Source: a virus
Taxonomy: Duplodnaviria; Caudoviricetes
Virus record (IMG/VR): IMGVR_UViG_3300030110_002923
Span: 1 to 51,464 of that record
DNA length: 51,464 bases
Direction: 5' to 3' (one strand)
A program made the position numbers and the translations under genes. How positions within the stretch are numbered: the first letter of the stretch is position 1; every line of letters starts with the position of its first letter. The notes under the pieces were generated by a model, which saw nothing but the letters and a program-made list of their open reading frames with translations, was not told the origin of the DNA and made no database searches. Of this stretch, positions 28,042-38,412 are shown piece after piece.

Positions 28042-29040
28042 TTATCCTAAAATTATTGTTATTGGCCACCATTGATTGTGCGCCAATATTGATGAGCTTC
28101 CTGTAGAATTCATAAATTCTGCTTTTATTTTTCCGTAACCAGCCTTTCCTGACATTGTAGTAGCATTTACATTTGAATTATAATCAGCTGGAGTAACGTC
28201 ACTTGCTGGAGATTGTGCTACAACAGGCATTGGTGTATTTTGGTCCAAAGGATTTACATCATAAGCAAAAGTTGTACCTATCTGCCAAGTTTCATCAGCA
28301 GGTGGTGTTAAATCTGTACTAGCATCATCACTTTCAGCTCCATCTGCATCAGTATTCCATTCCATAGCAAATGTAACAGCAGTATTGCCTGTGGTGTCTT
28401 CATTTGAATTTACAGCTGTTAAGGGTAATATATCATTATACACAATACCTCCAGGCAAACCTGCTAAGCAAGTTATATTTACATTCTTTAAATTAGTTGG
28501 TATTATATCGGTTCTAAATACCTTTCCTTCTGTATAAGGCAATCTTATATAAGAACTATATCCTCCATGATAAATTCTTCTTCTTCTCATAGTTTCTACA
28601 CTAGGTGTATTTATTTTATAAATATCTCCATCATCAAAAGCACTTGTTGTATCAAATCTAACTATAATTCCAATATCTATTGTTAATACAGCAGTACTGC
28701 TATTCCAATATAAACCAGTGCTGCCTCCAGTAATAGTACTTGCATATATTATATCAGCAAGACTATCATTTAGTTTATTATACTTGCGAACTACCCAGTC
28801 ATCTGCACCGCTATTTGTTGTAAATTTAATAGTATAGTAAAAATCACAATTATATTCATCTACAACCGTAGCTTTAACAGTTCTATCAGAAGTTCCTGTT
28901 GTTTGAGTTATATAAATTTCTCCATCAGTAGAACCTGTTCCATCGGCTGTTTCTCCTAAATAAAAAGGCTGATGGTTATAAGGAAGCCATTTGCCTCCTC
29001 TGCCAGATGCATTTGTTGCTATAGTAACTTTATTAGCCAT
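28042..29040 (-). CDS. Putative virion structural protein
   Basis: Thr/Gly/Asp-rich beta protein in the capsid operon. Confidence 0.6.
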   Translation of the reverse strand: MANKVTIATNASGRGGKWLPYNHQPFYLGETADGTGSTDGEIYITQTTGTSDRTVKATVVDEYNCDFYYTIKFTTNSGADDWVVRKYNKLNDSLADIIYASTITGGSTGLYWNSSTAVLTIDIGIIVRFDTTSAFDDGDIYKINTPSVETMRRRRIYHGGYSSYIRLPYTEGKVFRTDIIPTNLKNVNITCLAGLPGGIVYNDILPLTAVNSNEDTTGNTAVTFAMEWNTDADGAESDDASTDLTPPADETWQIGTTFAYDVNPLDQNTPMPVVAQSPASDVTPADYNSNVNATTMSGKAGYGKIKAEFMNSTGSSSILAHNQWWPITIILG

Positions 29041-29506
29041 TATGTAATATAACTGTTAATTTAACATGATTAGCTGCGTCAGTGCAATTTGCATCACTTC
29101 CTGGCGTTAAAGCTAATCTCATAAAAGGGAATCTACCATTACTATCATAATCATATACGCCCATTGCAACGGTTTCTGCTTGAGCTCCACCACCTGCATT
29201 CCATGTTACTAAATCTTGTAGTTTTATATAGTTAGTTCCATCTAAAGAACCTTCTACGTCTACATCAACATTACCAGCATCTGCTGTTATTTCATTTAAT
29301 GTTCCATTTAAAACAACAGTAAAGTCTCCAGTAATTGGAAAATCAAAATTATTTGTAGGAATTTTAGCTGTAGCATCAAGCCACATTAAGCATTCATGCC
29401 TAACTTCTCCTGCTGTTCCTGCATTTACGGGGACATTCAAACCTTGGCCTGCAGGAGAGCCAGAATTTGTTCCTATTATCGTCCATTCACTTACAGCTGC
29501 CGCCAT
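29033..29506 (-). CDS. Putative capsid decoration/beta-sandwich protein
   Basis: VEGSLDGTNY...FMRL motif shared with 30159-30710. Confidence 0.55.
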   Translation of the reverse strand: MAAAVSEWTIIGTNSGSPAGQGLNVPVNAGTAGEVRHECLMWLDATAKIPTNNFDFPITGDFTVVLNGTLNEITADAGNVDVDVEGSLDGTNYIKLQDLVTWNAGGGAQAETVAMGVYDYDSNGRFPFMRLALTPGSDANCTDAANHVKLTVILHNG

Positions 29507-29515
29507 TTTTTCTCC

Positions 29516-30094
29516 TTAATCTAAATATTCTATATGCCAAACAAGAGTCAAATCATTTGCTCCAGCCAAATCTACTGCATCAGCTGCAGTTAAAGAAAAC
29601 CAAACACTTGTAGAATTTTCTGCACTTTGTATTAACATAGGCATTCTTTCATGATTTTCATCAGTCAAACCTGTCATTGTAAGACTAGCTCCACTACCAA
29701 TTTCAAAATCCATGTTAGTATCACTAAAAAAACCAGCTCCAGTAAATTTTGCTGCAGTAACAGCTGCATCATCCATACTAATTCCTCCGCTACTACCAGG
29801 GCTTATAGCGCTAATCATATTTGCTTGATTTTCTGATAGAAAAAATCTAAAACTGCCAGCACTACTATCTATTGTCCCAGATAAATCTATTACGGTTATA
29901 GCTAAAAGTTTAGATGTGCCACCTTTTACTCTTGTTGCATTTGGTATTTCAGTAGAAAGACACATAACATCTCCACTACTAAAAGCAGTTGCTGAAGAAA
30001 CAACTTGTGTTCTTATTATTCTACCCTTTCTTATATTTGTGCCTGACTTTGCTGTTTGGGCTACACCACCCTTTGTTATTGTCAAATCACTCAT
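29516..30094 (-). CDS. Putative virion structural protein
   Basis: Ser/Ala/Gly-rich beta protein. GGAGA RBS favours MSDLTI as the start. Confidence 0.55.
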   Translation of the reverse strand: MSDLTITKGGVAQTAKSGTNIRKGRIIRTQVVSSATAFSSGDVMCLSTEIPNATRVKGGTSKLLAITVIDLSGTIDSSAGSFRFFLSENQANMISAISPGSSGGISMDDAAVTAAKFTGAGFFSDTNMDFEIGSGASLTMTGLTDENHERMPMLIQSAENSTSVWFSLTAADAVDLAGANDLTLVWHIEYLD

Positions 30095-30111
30095 TAAAAT
30101 CTCCACGTTGT

Positions 30112-30136
30112 GTAGAAGGGGCCGAAGCCCCCTCTA
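30112..30136 (-). terminator. Hairpin (UUCG tetraloop) after the capsid/decoration genes; possible partial terminator or stabiliser
   Basis: Minus strand gtagaggggc-ttcg-gccccttctac; no clear U tract. Confidence 0.5.
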
Positions 30137-30158
30137 CTATTAATAAATCAACCACTTA

Positions 30159-30710
30159 CTATGATGGGTCAACTCCTACACCGCCAATAAACGAATCACT
30201 AACGCCTTCAATACCTAACCCTTCAGCATATTCTGAATTTATTCCAGAAACTAAAAAATTAAGTTTTATATTTGTTTGGTCATCAAGTCCGTCATTGTTC
30301 ACTAGTCTGTACCATGATAAAGTGTAATCAGACAAATCAGCTGTATACAGCTGAACTCCTGTACCATCTGGTTCAATATCGTCATCAAGAGATGAGCCTA
30401 TCATTACCCAGTTTTTACCATCCATAGAACCTTCGATATGAAAATCAGATGTAACATTAGCACCAGCCGTTGTAATATTAAAGCCAACTACAATCTTTTT
30501 TCCATTTACCCAAGTTCCTTTAATACCAGGACTAACTAACATAGCATCAGTGTCAGATGGGTCTAATTCACCATGATAAAGGTAAGATATACCTTCTTCA
30601 GTGGCCATAGTCCATTTGCCATAAACACCTACATTAGAAGCATGAGTAGTACCATCTGTAACTACTGAACCAACTAAAGCAGCTGCATTTCCTATTCCTA
30701 AAATAGCCAT
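30159..30710 (-). CDS. Putative capsid decoration/beta-sandwich protein
   Basis: Directly after the MCP with an AGGAGG RBS; IEGSMDGKNW...WYRL. Confidence 0.6.
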   Translation of the reverse strand: MAILGIGNAAALVGSVVTDGTTHASNVGVYGKWTMATEEGISYLYHGELDPSDTDAMLVSPGIKGTWVNGKKIVVGFNITTAGANVTSDFHIEGSMDGKNWVMIGSSLDDDIEPDGTGVQLYTADLSDYTLSWYRLVNNDGLDDQTNIKLNFLVSGINSEYAEGLGIEGVSDSFIGGVGVDPS

Positions 30711-30723
30711 AATCTACCTCCTA

Positions 30724-32106
30724 TTAAGAAAACTTAAGAATTGCGTGAGTTTCAGGAACGCTAATTTCCAATCCAGCTTCAGTAACGACTTGGTCTTGCC
30801 TGCCGTCAACTCCGTTGTCTTGTACGTTAGTTTCAATAAAGGTATCTCGACTAATACCGTTCCCCACTAGTGGTCTATAAGCTACATTCTTCATATCAAC
30901 TGCAACACAGTAGTCTTCCCAAGGACCTCTTAATAAAGGCTCTTGAACAAAGTGTAAATTACCAAATATAGTATTTACCATTGTTACTGTATGCCCGAAA
31001 GCACCAGGGATAGTTTCTACGTCAAGTCTATATTGAGAAGAACCTACAGAATTATTTAGAAAACTTCCACTTCCCAGTTTGTTTAAATAAGTAATAACTT
31101 TTCTTGAAGCTAATACTAATTTATCACCACTGTTACCAGATTCAGGAGCAAAGAAATCTTCCATTGCATCTAAGAAAGCATCATAACCAGATGAACTATA
31201 AGACATATTATAGACTTTACCATAAGTTTCAGTATAAGGTATAATACCCCATGAATATCTAGTTGGAGCAGTGCCCGCACTAGTTTCATTTGATGCTGCA
31301 CCCATTCCGAATAGCATAGCTTGTTCTATATCCATCTTATGTTCCATAAGTTTATCTTGCCAGATTCTTTGAAACTCATTAGCAATACCTCTGTATTCAG
31401 TAGCTAAAGCTGTTCCAGAAAAGATATTCATACCAGTTTTGAAGATTTGACAATATCCTTCTCTGTCAAATAATTTATCTTCCCAACCAAGTGCGCTATC
31501 AGTTCCTTCAGCCCATGCACTACCAACTACTTGGCATTTATTACCGATACTAAATACAGTACCATTAGGTATAGCTTTTCCAATAGCTGTTAAAGCAAGA
31601 CCTTCAATAGTTGTCTTATTATCGTCTGTATCATGACCGATAGTAGTACCAGCTAAAGTTGGGCTTGTTCCTGAAGCTACTGTTGCGCTAGAACTAATTT
31701 GTAAGTAGTAAACTACTCCATCATCAGCTTTTAGTGCAATCACTTGACCAGGTAATAAAAATGAGCATTCAGATGCACTTGCTATTTTGCCAAATTCGTC
31801 ATATTTGCAAGTAAAAACAATATCCTCTGCGTCATTTAAAACTTCTGCAACTGCAAATTCTTCACTAGCTGTAAAAGCAGTATGCATTTCAAAATTACGT
31901 CTCTGCCACTGATGTCTCTGTTCTAAAAACTTAAAAACAGGGTCATTAGTAGCTTTTTTTGCCACCTTCGATAAATATACGAAGAATGGACTTTGTTGTG
32001 GTGCCAGTTCAGCAACACGGTCTCCAAAGTTAAACTGACGTCTTGTATCGTCAAGAGAAACACCTTGGGCCGTATTATACTGGCTATTAGAATAAACGTT
32101 CGCCAT
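30724..32106 (-). CDS. Major capsid protein (SU10/DUF5309-like HK97 fold)
   Basis: Follows portal and scaffold; SPF, GSAWAEG, YCQIFKT, EHKMDIEQAMLFG and TEAGLEI...ETHA motifs. Confidence 0.85.
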   Translation of the reverse strand: MANVYSNSQYNTAQGVSLDDTRRQFNFGDRVAELAPQQSPFFVYLSKVAKKATNDPVFKFLEQRHQWQRRNFEMHTAFTASEEFAVAEVLNDAEDIVFTCKYDEFGKIASASECSFLLPGQVIALKADDGVVYYLQISSSATVASGTSPTLAGTTIGHDTDDNKTTIEGLALTAIGKAIPNGTVFSIGNKCQVVGSAWAEGTDSALGWEDKLFDREGYCQIFKTGMNIFSGTALATEYRGIANEFQRIWQDKLMEHKMDIEQAMLFGMGAASNETSAGTAPTRYSWGIIPYTETYGKVYNMSYSSSGYDAFLDAMEDFFAPESGNSGDKLVLASRKVITYLNKLGSGSFLNNSVGSSQYRLDVETIPGAFGHTVTMVNTIFGNLHFVQEPLLRGPWEDYCVAVDMKNVAYRPLVGNGISRDTFIETNVQDNGVDGRQDQVVTEAGLEISVPETHAILKFS

Positions 32107-32169
32107 TATTCCATTCCTATTTAGCCCTTCCTCAGCTGCATTAAATGCCTTTAGTTGGGCAGATTAAAA

Positions 32170-33120
32170 TTACTTCCAGGGATTTTTACTGTTAAAATTC
32201 CCTATCAAATTATCCATAATCTTATCTTCAAAACTTTGCGTATCAGCATTGCTTTGCCCAGAAGGCATCACTCCCATTGGTGATGGTATCTGCTGTGCTT
32301 TTTGCACTTGCTGAAAAGCTGTACTAGGCGCAGGTGTAGTTGGTTGCTGTGGAGCACCACCTTTCTGAATCCTATACAATTGGACAAGGTTATCGATGTT
32401 TAACGAATTAGGGTTTGACATTGTTTGCATGAAATCTGCAGTCTCAGTCTCGTTCATACCGTAATGCCCCATAACATGTTCTTTGATTTGATTAGCTTGA
32501 GCACTTTTTTGCTGAGCAGCTTGTTGTCTTTGAGCTGCCGCTATTCTATCATTTTCCATGCCTTGGAATTTTTCTTCCATAAGAGCACTTTGATATTGAG
32601 TCTTTAACGTATTATATTCATTTATGTTATCTCTCCATTCCTCTACTTCGTCTAAATACCTAGCACTTTCGCTATTAGAATCAGCATACGCTTCTTCTCT
32701 ATTAAAAGTTCTAGGTCTTTCTGGTTTATCAGGAGGTGCAGGAAACTCTTCAGAACTTTGGTCTACATACTGTTCAGGTTGTTGCAAGTCTTGCGGAGTT
32801 CTTGGTAAAGCCTCATTAAGACTTTGTTTAAGACTCGAATTCTCACTTTTTAACTTATCAGCTTGTGACTGCCAGTATTGATATCTTTTTTCATCATTAC
32901 TAGCTTCTTGTGTTTGAGTTGCTTCTTGTTGTACTTCTACAGGTTGTCCAGTTTCTGGAGCTGCTTGAGTATTACCTTCATTACCAGTTGTGAAAGCGTC
33001 ATTGATATTTGAAGAGCCTTCGTTCACCACATCATCACTGCCAAAGACAGCTTCTTCCAAACTTTGAAAAGTCTGTTCGTTACTTTGAGGGGTATCTTCT
33101 TGTATATTTTCTTGTGACAT
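32170..33120 (-). CDS. Putative capsid scaffolding protein
   Basis: Acidic, disordered N-terminus, coiled coil; lies between portal and MCP. Confidence 0.7.
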   Translation of the reverse strand: MSQENIQEDTPQSNEQTFQSLEEAVFGSDDVVNEGSSNINDAFTTGNEGNTQAAPETGQPVEVQQEATQTQEASNDEKRYQYWQSQADKLKSENSSLKQSLNEALPRTPQDLQQPEQYVDQSSEEFPAPPDKPERPRTFNREEAYADSNSESARYLDEVEEWRDNINEYNTLKTQYQSALMEEKFQGMENDRIAAAQRQQAAQQKSAQANQIKEHVMGHYGMNETETADFMQTMSNPNSLNIDNLVQLYRIQKGGAPQQPTTPAPSTAFQQVQKAQQIPSPMGVMPSGQSNADTQSFEDKIMDNLIGNFNSKNPWK

Positions 33121-33122
33121 TT

Positions 33123-35348
33123 TTATTTCTTTCTCCTTTTAGCTGCCTCTTTTCCACTACCAGAGGGTGAGCCTATTTTTTGCGCAGAATCTCTTATCTG
33201 CTGTTTTACAGTGGATAGACTGTCATCGAGTCGTTTTTCATAAATCGTACCTGCTGCTTTAGCTTTATTACTAACACCATCCATGTTCGATTTAAACTTC
33301 TCAACTTCAATCCTCTTTCTAAGGTTAACTGCTTCTCTATCTCTAGATTGCATATCGCCTTTAAGTTGTTTAATCTGCTGTTGAGCACCTTGAAGTTGTT
33401 GTTGCAATTGCTGTATTGTATCAGTTCTTTGCATAACTCCTTCCATATCAAATATCTCAGTCTTCTTAAGAACTTCTTGTCTATCAATAAGTCCTTTAGA
33501 AAAAGCGTCCATATAAAATTCAAGTTCCGCATATCTATTAGACGGAAGTGTTGAACCTGTTACTACTATGACATCATATTTCCCAACAGCTATATTATTA
33601 AAAATCTTTATTTCACCAGTCTTGTCGTCATACATTCTTTTATTAACCATATATTCACTCATAGAATTGTTAGGTTGAACAACTCTAAATATCTTTTGCT
33701 CAGTATATAACTGTTGCATTAAAGGAATAGCTACTTGACCTAAACGACTTAACGCTGCCTCTATATCGGCAAGCTTAGACTTCATTTTTCTTTGACCAAA
33801 CTCATCAATACTTATAGTAGCTTTATATGTTTGAGGCGCTGCTTGAGAATTACCCATCATCATCTCATATAAACCTAAAGCATGGTCAATATCATTCTTT
33901 GCAGTTGTTTCGTTTTGATATAACTCGTTAGGAAGAGGAGTGGGTTGAACTGGCATAGGTGCACCATCAGTTGGGTCATATGGTATTGCTACACCTGGTT
34001 GTGCCCACTTTTCTTCAAAGTCTTTCATATCAACACTACCTTCAGGGACAAGTATTTTTGTATTTGTACTAGTAGTAGCGTGTGCAATTATCAAAGAACG
34101 TGTTTTATTTATATATTCTTGCAAACCTTTAACAAGCCTTACGTCAGAAACTGGATAAGGAGTTCTTGTATGAATGTTCATTATAGGAACTAAAGGATAC
34201 TGCTCTATTGGCAATATTCTTGAATATAATTTTGTATCTCCTACAATAACACATTGTTTGACTTTTTTCATTGTTACTTGAACAACTTCTATTAAACCTT
34301 CTTTTAATAAATCGTGATATACCATTTTCAGCATAGTCACTTCTTGAGGACCTTTTTCTTCATACTCTTTAATACTAGCTTCATCATAACCAGCTTCTTT
34401 CATCATATTTAATTCTTGCAGATGTATTTGGTCCATCTTTGTTACTAATTGAGCATATATATTTAATGCCTTTTCTTCATCTGGTATTAATTCACCGTTT
34501 ATTCTATAAGCTGGTTTTTGTAAATATTGTCTAAATTCTTCTTCATCTAATAAATCTTCTTTTCCTGAAAACTTTTCAAATGTTCTAAATTGCTCTACAT
34601 CTACTTTATAATATCTTTCATAACCTCTAATGTATTCTTGATTATCTAATCTTCCTACATCTTCTGGAAATGTCACCTGACCATCATCTTCTCTAGTAGT
34701 TGCAGGTGCATTCCAGTCATTACTCCAGTTTCCTCCACCAGCGTTTTTAATTTTCTTTTCATACATAGGCCATAATTTAATAGCCTGCTCTTTTGTAAAA
34801 AGCTTTGATATAATAATATTTTCTGCATCATCAAAAAACCTACTTCTGCAGTTAGGGTCTACATAAACATCTAATGGGTCTACGTCATGAAAACATACTT
34901 CACCTTTCCCCATATCTTTAGTAGAATCTTGATATACGTGTAAATATCCAACACCCATAACGTAATAATCATCAACAGCTTGTCTAACTACTGTCCTTCC
35001 ATCTGATATGTCGTACATATAAGCTAACAAGTTACTCATAACTTGAGCTATCTTATTATCCGAATCTTCTCTAGGAGCGCATCTAAATGCTGGCCTATTA
35101 GAAGTTAACATAGCTTTAGCTGACTCAACAGCAGGATGTATTCTATTAATAACAATAGGTGCTTGACCTCTTGACTCTAAAACCTTTCGTTGTTCAGATG
35201 ACCATTGTTTGCCTAATCTAAACTCTTTATCTTCTTTGGCTTGAGCAGCCCAAGTATCTCTTTTAGAAGAATACTTTTGATACAAGTCCTGCGTTTCAGT
35301 GACTATATCTTCTGGATTTCCTAAATTGTCTTTTTTATTATATTCCAT
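33123..35348 (-). CDS. Portal protein (P22-like)
   Basis: GKQW...RGQAPIVINRI, DVYVDP and LQEYINK motifs; C-terminal Gln-rich coil; directly after TerL. Confidence 0.9.
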   Translation of the reverse strand: MEYNKKDNLGNPEDIVTETQDLYQKYSSKRDTWAAQAKEDKEFRLGKQWSSEQRKVLESRGQAPIVINRIHPAVESAKAMLTSNRPAFRCAPREDSDNKIAQVMSNLLAYMYDISDGRTVVRQAVDDYYVMGVGYLHVYQDSTKDMGKGEVCFHDVDPLDVYVDPNCRSRFFDDAENIIISKLFTKEQAIKLWPMYEKKIKNAGGGNWSNDWNAPATTREDDGQVTFPEDVGRLDNQEYIRGYERYYKVDVEQFRTFEKFSGKEDLLDEEEFRQYLQKPAYRINGELIPDEEKALNIYAQLVTKMDQIHLQELNMMKEAGYDEASIKEYEEKGPQEVTMLKMVYHDLLKEGLIEVVQVTMKKVKQCVIVGDTKLYSRILPIEQYPLVPIMNIHTRTPYPVSDVRLVKGLQEYINKTRSLIIAHATTSTNTKILVPEGSVDMKDFEEKWAQPGVAIPYDPTDGAPMPVQPTPLPNELYQNETTAKNDIDHALGLYEMMMGNSQAAPQTYKATISIDEFGQRKMKSKLADIEAALSRLGQVAIPLMQQLYTEQKIFRVVQPNNSMSEYMVNKRMYDDKTGEIKIFNNIAVGKYDVIVVTGSTLPSNRYAELEFYMDAFSKGLIDRQEVLKKTEIFDMEGVMQRTDTIQQLQQQLQGAQQQIKQLKGDMQSRDREAVNLRKRIEVEKFKSNMDGVSNKAKAAGTIYEKRLDDSLSTVKQQIRDSAQKIGSPSGSGKEAAKRRKK

Positions 35349-35364
35349 CTACGTAATTTACGAA

Positions 35365-36867
35365 TTATAAAGTCATCCAATCAAGACTTTTATTCGGTTT
35401 CCTCCATTCATCGTCTGAAATTCTTTCAAAATCTTTCTTTCTGCATGGTTTTGCACCATCTAATGCAGTCCATATAGAATCCATTATGTCATCATGCTTT
35501 CCTTTAGGATATGACAAAAACTCTCCTTGCGCATGCGTATCTTCTGCTCTAAAGTAAAATTGCCCTTTTGCAAATATAGGTACTAAAGACAAGAGTCTTT
35601 CTGATTTAGCATTCCTAGGCTTGACACCTGACTCTAAACCTGGTATATATAGATTTTCTTCTTTCATTATCTCTCTTACACCAGTTCTTAAAGCTTCTTG
35701 ATACCCCACTGTTTCTATTTTAACTCTTCTAGGTTTATATTTTTTATAATAATCTATAATTAATTTAGGCTGTTCGGCAGGAGATATCCTATTCCTGTAG
35801 ATGTCAATAACATACTTGTTATTTTCATTGTCAATACCGATAATACTAATAACGAAATAATCAGCCCTAGCACTAAGAGAAGATGCAGGGTCCACACCAG
35901 CATACAATTCAACAGGTTTAATTTTTTCATTTTCTTTGTCTCCATAATTTTGAACTAAACAATTCTGACCTTGTATTCTTTTATACTCCCAGTTGTGTAT
36001 TTTAATCCAAGCAGGTTGAAAGGGAGCATCATCAGGAGATTGAGCTATATTCATATACTCCTGGAAAAATCCGTTTATATTACCAACTGATTTAAATTCT
36101 TGTTTTATGCTAAGTATACGTTCTTTTGGAAATCTTTCTGGCCATATACTCTTTTCATTGTCGTCCCATATAGAAAACCATAGAACATTCCAAGCACTTG
36201 ACTCTTTTGCCCAGCATAAAAAGCAATCTTCTGATATAACTGTACCAATCATTGCTATCTTGCCTTCATCTGATAATGATGGTATTACAGCTTCTGTTAG
36301 CCATTTTCTATTTTTAGCTCTAGCTTCTGCTGTATACGCATTAAGCTCAGATTCAAAATCATCTACTATAATTAAGTTAGGACGTGTATCTCCTTGCAAA
36401 AACCCTCTAACTCTTTGTCCAGTACCAACAGCAACTATTCTAGTGTTATTAGCTAACACAATATCAGTATGAGTCCATTTACTTGCTGTTTCAGGACCTA
36501 AATTGCCAAATATTGATTTAAACTGAGTACTATAAGTCAAATGATATTTAATACGAGATAGGAAATTAATAGACTGTGCTTGTGATTCAGATATAATAAC
36601 TATAAATAGTTCTTCATCTGATTTTTTAAATGCTGCTCTCCATAGAGGGTATATAAGTGTAGTTACAGTAGATTTAGCCGTACCCCTAGGTGCAGCTATC
36701 AATACTCTTCTCTTTTCATCATTTGCTAAGTCTTTATAAATATTAGTATGAAAAGGAGGAGTACTTTTCTTTAAAGCTGTTGGAAAGCAATACTTTCCAA
36801 ATAAAGCCATATTATTCTTTAGCTTTTTAAGAGCTTGTAATTGCTCATACTTTTCTTCGTAGTCCAA
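35365..36867 (-). CDS. terL: Terminase large subunit
   Basis: APRGTAKST Walker A, IIVDDFE Walker B, GVDPAS and HDD nuclease motifs. Confidence 0.95.
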   Translation of the reverse strand: MDYEEKYEQLQALKKLKNNMALFGKYCFPTALKKSTPPFHTNIYKDLANDEKRRVLIAAPRGTAKSTVTTLIYPLWRAAFKKSDEELFIVIISESQAQSINFLSRIKYHLTYSTQFKSIFGNLGPETASKWTHTDIVLANNTRIVAVGTGQRVRGFLQGDTRPNLIIVDDFESELNAYTAEARAKNRKWLTEAVIPSLSDEGKIAMIGTVISEDCFLCWAKESSAWNVLWFSIWDDNEKSIWPERFPKERILSIKQEFKSVGNINGFFQEYMNIAQSPDDAPFQPAWIKIHNWEYKRIQGQNCLVQNYGDKENEKIKPVELYAGVDPASSLSARADYFVISIIGIDNENNKYVIDIYRNRISPAEQPKLIIDYYKKYKPRRVKIETVGYQEALRTGVREIMKEENLYIPGLESGVKPRNAKSERLLSLVPIFAKGQFYFRAEDTHAQGEFLSYPKGKHDDIMDSIWTALDGAKPCRKKDFERISDDEWRKPNKSLDWMTL

Positions 36868-36870
36868 GTA

Positions 36871-36996
36871 TTACTTCTTTTTTATTGTTTTTACTTTGCC
36901 GTTATGAGTTCTAGCGTATTTATGTGTTTTAGTCTCTCTTATAAGAGTACCACTATATCGCTTTCCTCCCCACATCCAACTTACTTTTTTACTCAT
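36871..36996 (-). CDS. 41-aa basic protein (not in ORF track)
   Basis: MSKKVSWMWGGKRYSGTLIRETKTHKYARTHNGKVKTIKKK*; fills the gap with TAATG coupling. Confidence 0.65.
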   Translation of the reverse strand: MSKKVSWMWGGKRYSGTLIRETKTHKYARTHNGKVKTIKKK

Positions 36997-37094
36997 TACT
37001 TCTTATTCTTCTTTTTCTTCTTCATTTTGTTTTTATTCTTTTTTCCAGGTGGTCTACCTCTTTTCTTTCCATATGTTCCTGGTCCGTATGCCAT
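36996..37094 (-). CDS. 32-aa Lys-rich AT-hook-like peptide (not in ORF track)
   Basis: MAYGPGTYGKKRGRPPGKKNKNKMKKKKKNKK*; GGAGGA RBS. Confidence 0.65.
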   Translation of the reverse strand: MAYGPGTYGKKRGRPPGKKNKNKMKKKKKNKK

Positions 37095-37096
37095 AA

Positions 37097-37843
37097 TTAT
37101 TCCTCCGTAATTGTAGTTTTAGTAGCTATTAGCTTATCTTCGGTTTCTCTTAACTCGTCAATAAGCTTGGTATTGCTAGTAGCTTCAATTTGCTCTGTAA
37201 CTTTAACTTGATGCTTTTCTTTCATTCCATGCATATCTTGCAAGTTATCTACAGCTCTCATTAAATTAGTAACATCACCTTTATCTTTGGCTTTCTTTAT
37301 AGTTTCTTCAAGTAATTCTAAAGTATAAGCCTCCGTTAAACCATGTTCTTGAAGTAGTTTTTGTAGTTCATCTCTAACCATATCGCTAAATTTCTCCTTC
37401 TTCATTCTTCTCTTCCACATAACTTTTTGATTGTTAGTAGGATTATCTAGAACGTGTTCTATTGCTTTATCGTAATCCATAGTCTGTGCATAGACCATAG
37501 CTAAGTTTTTCATTTTCTGCCCGTTAGACAAGACTTCCCATTGAGTCTTTCCCGAAATGGTCGTATTAGACTTGCGACCACTCGCCTTAAGACTAACAGA
37601 CTCATACTTAGGATTAAAAAAAGTGTAGCCATAAGGATAGCGAACATAAATGCTGGTAGGGTTATAAACGGACTTGGAGATGACTTTGGCAACGTAATTG
37701 TCGTCCGATATGCCGTATTCTCCCTCTCTCGCTTCTCTCCAGTATTTGTATTGAATATTCTCACTATCTGCTTCTTCTTTTTTAAATATTTTATATGTCG
37801 TAGGAGCATTGTCCCCCTTATGGTGTATATCTATAGTATACAT
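37097..37843 (-). CDS. Putative terminase small subunit
   Basis: Upstream of TerL; helical C-terminal oligomerisation-like region. Confidence 0.5.
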   Translation of the reverse strand: MYTIDIHHKGDNAPTTYKIFKKEEADSENIQYKYWREAREGEYGISDDNYVAKVISKSVYNPTSIYVRYPYGYTFFNPKYESVSLKASGRKSNTTISGKTQWEVLSNGQKMKNLAMVYAQTMDYDKAIEHVLDNPTNNQKVMWKRRMKKEKFSDMVRDELQKLLQEHGLTEAYTLELLEETIKKAKDKGDVTNLMRAVDNLQDMHGMKEKHQVKVTEQIEATSNTKLIDELRETEDKLIATKTTITEE

Positions 37844-38397
37844 TACTTACCGTATTTTTTTATATTTTCGTCTACGTTTCTTTGTAAGTTTGATGTAAAA
37901 TTTCTTGAAAGTTCAGGATTGTTGCTTATTTTGTCTATTTTTTCTTGTATTCTTTCACGTGGCGTTTTTATTTTATTTATATTCTGTATTTTCATAGGGT
38001 CAAACTTAGTAAACATTAAATGTTCTTTTCTTGATATATCACCTCTTTTCCACATTCTATAGACATCGTCATTAGTTAAGTTCTCACCTATTCCAAACTT
38101 AGAACTTACCTTAGCACCAGGATTGTATCCAATGCTTCCAGCAGGTGATTGCATTCTAAATGATTTAATATTAAGTTGATTTACTATCTTCATAGCTTCC
38201 TTATCTCCAGACGCTACACGTTTATAAAGACTAGCCATCGTTTCGTTTGGCAAATTACTTGGAGCCATGCCTTCAAGACCCTCTTCTGCTCCTTGTGATA
38301 TTAATCGCATATTTTTTGCAGCTTCATCATAAGCTTTACGACCTTTTGTTTTAAGGATTCTCATTAAATATTGTGTCATTTTACTGCTTATAGTCAT
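37843..38397 (-). CDS. Hypothetical protein
   Basis: GGAGGT RBS; coupled to the next gene. Confidence 0.7.
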   Translation of the reverse strand: MTISSKMTQYLMRILKTKGRKAYDEAAKNMRLISQGAEEGLEGMAPSNLPNETMASLYKRVASGDKEAMKIVNQLNIKSFRMQSPAGSIGYNPGAKVSSKFGIGENLTNDDVYRMWKRGDISRKEHLMFTKFDPMKIQNINKIKTPRERIQEKIDKISNNPELSRNFTSNLQRNVDENIKKYGK

Positions 38398-38412
38398 TAT
38401 ACCTCCATAATT

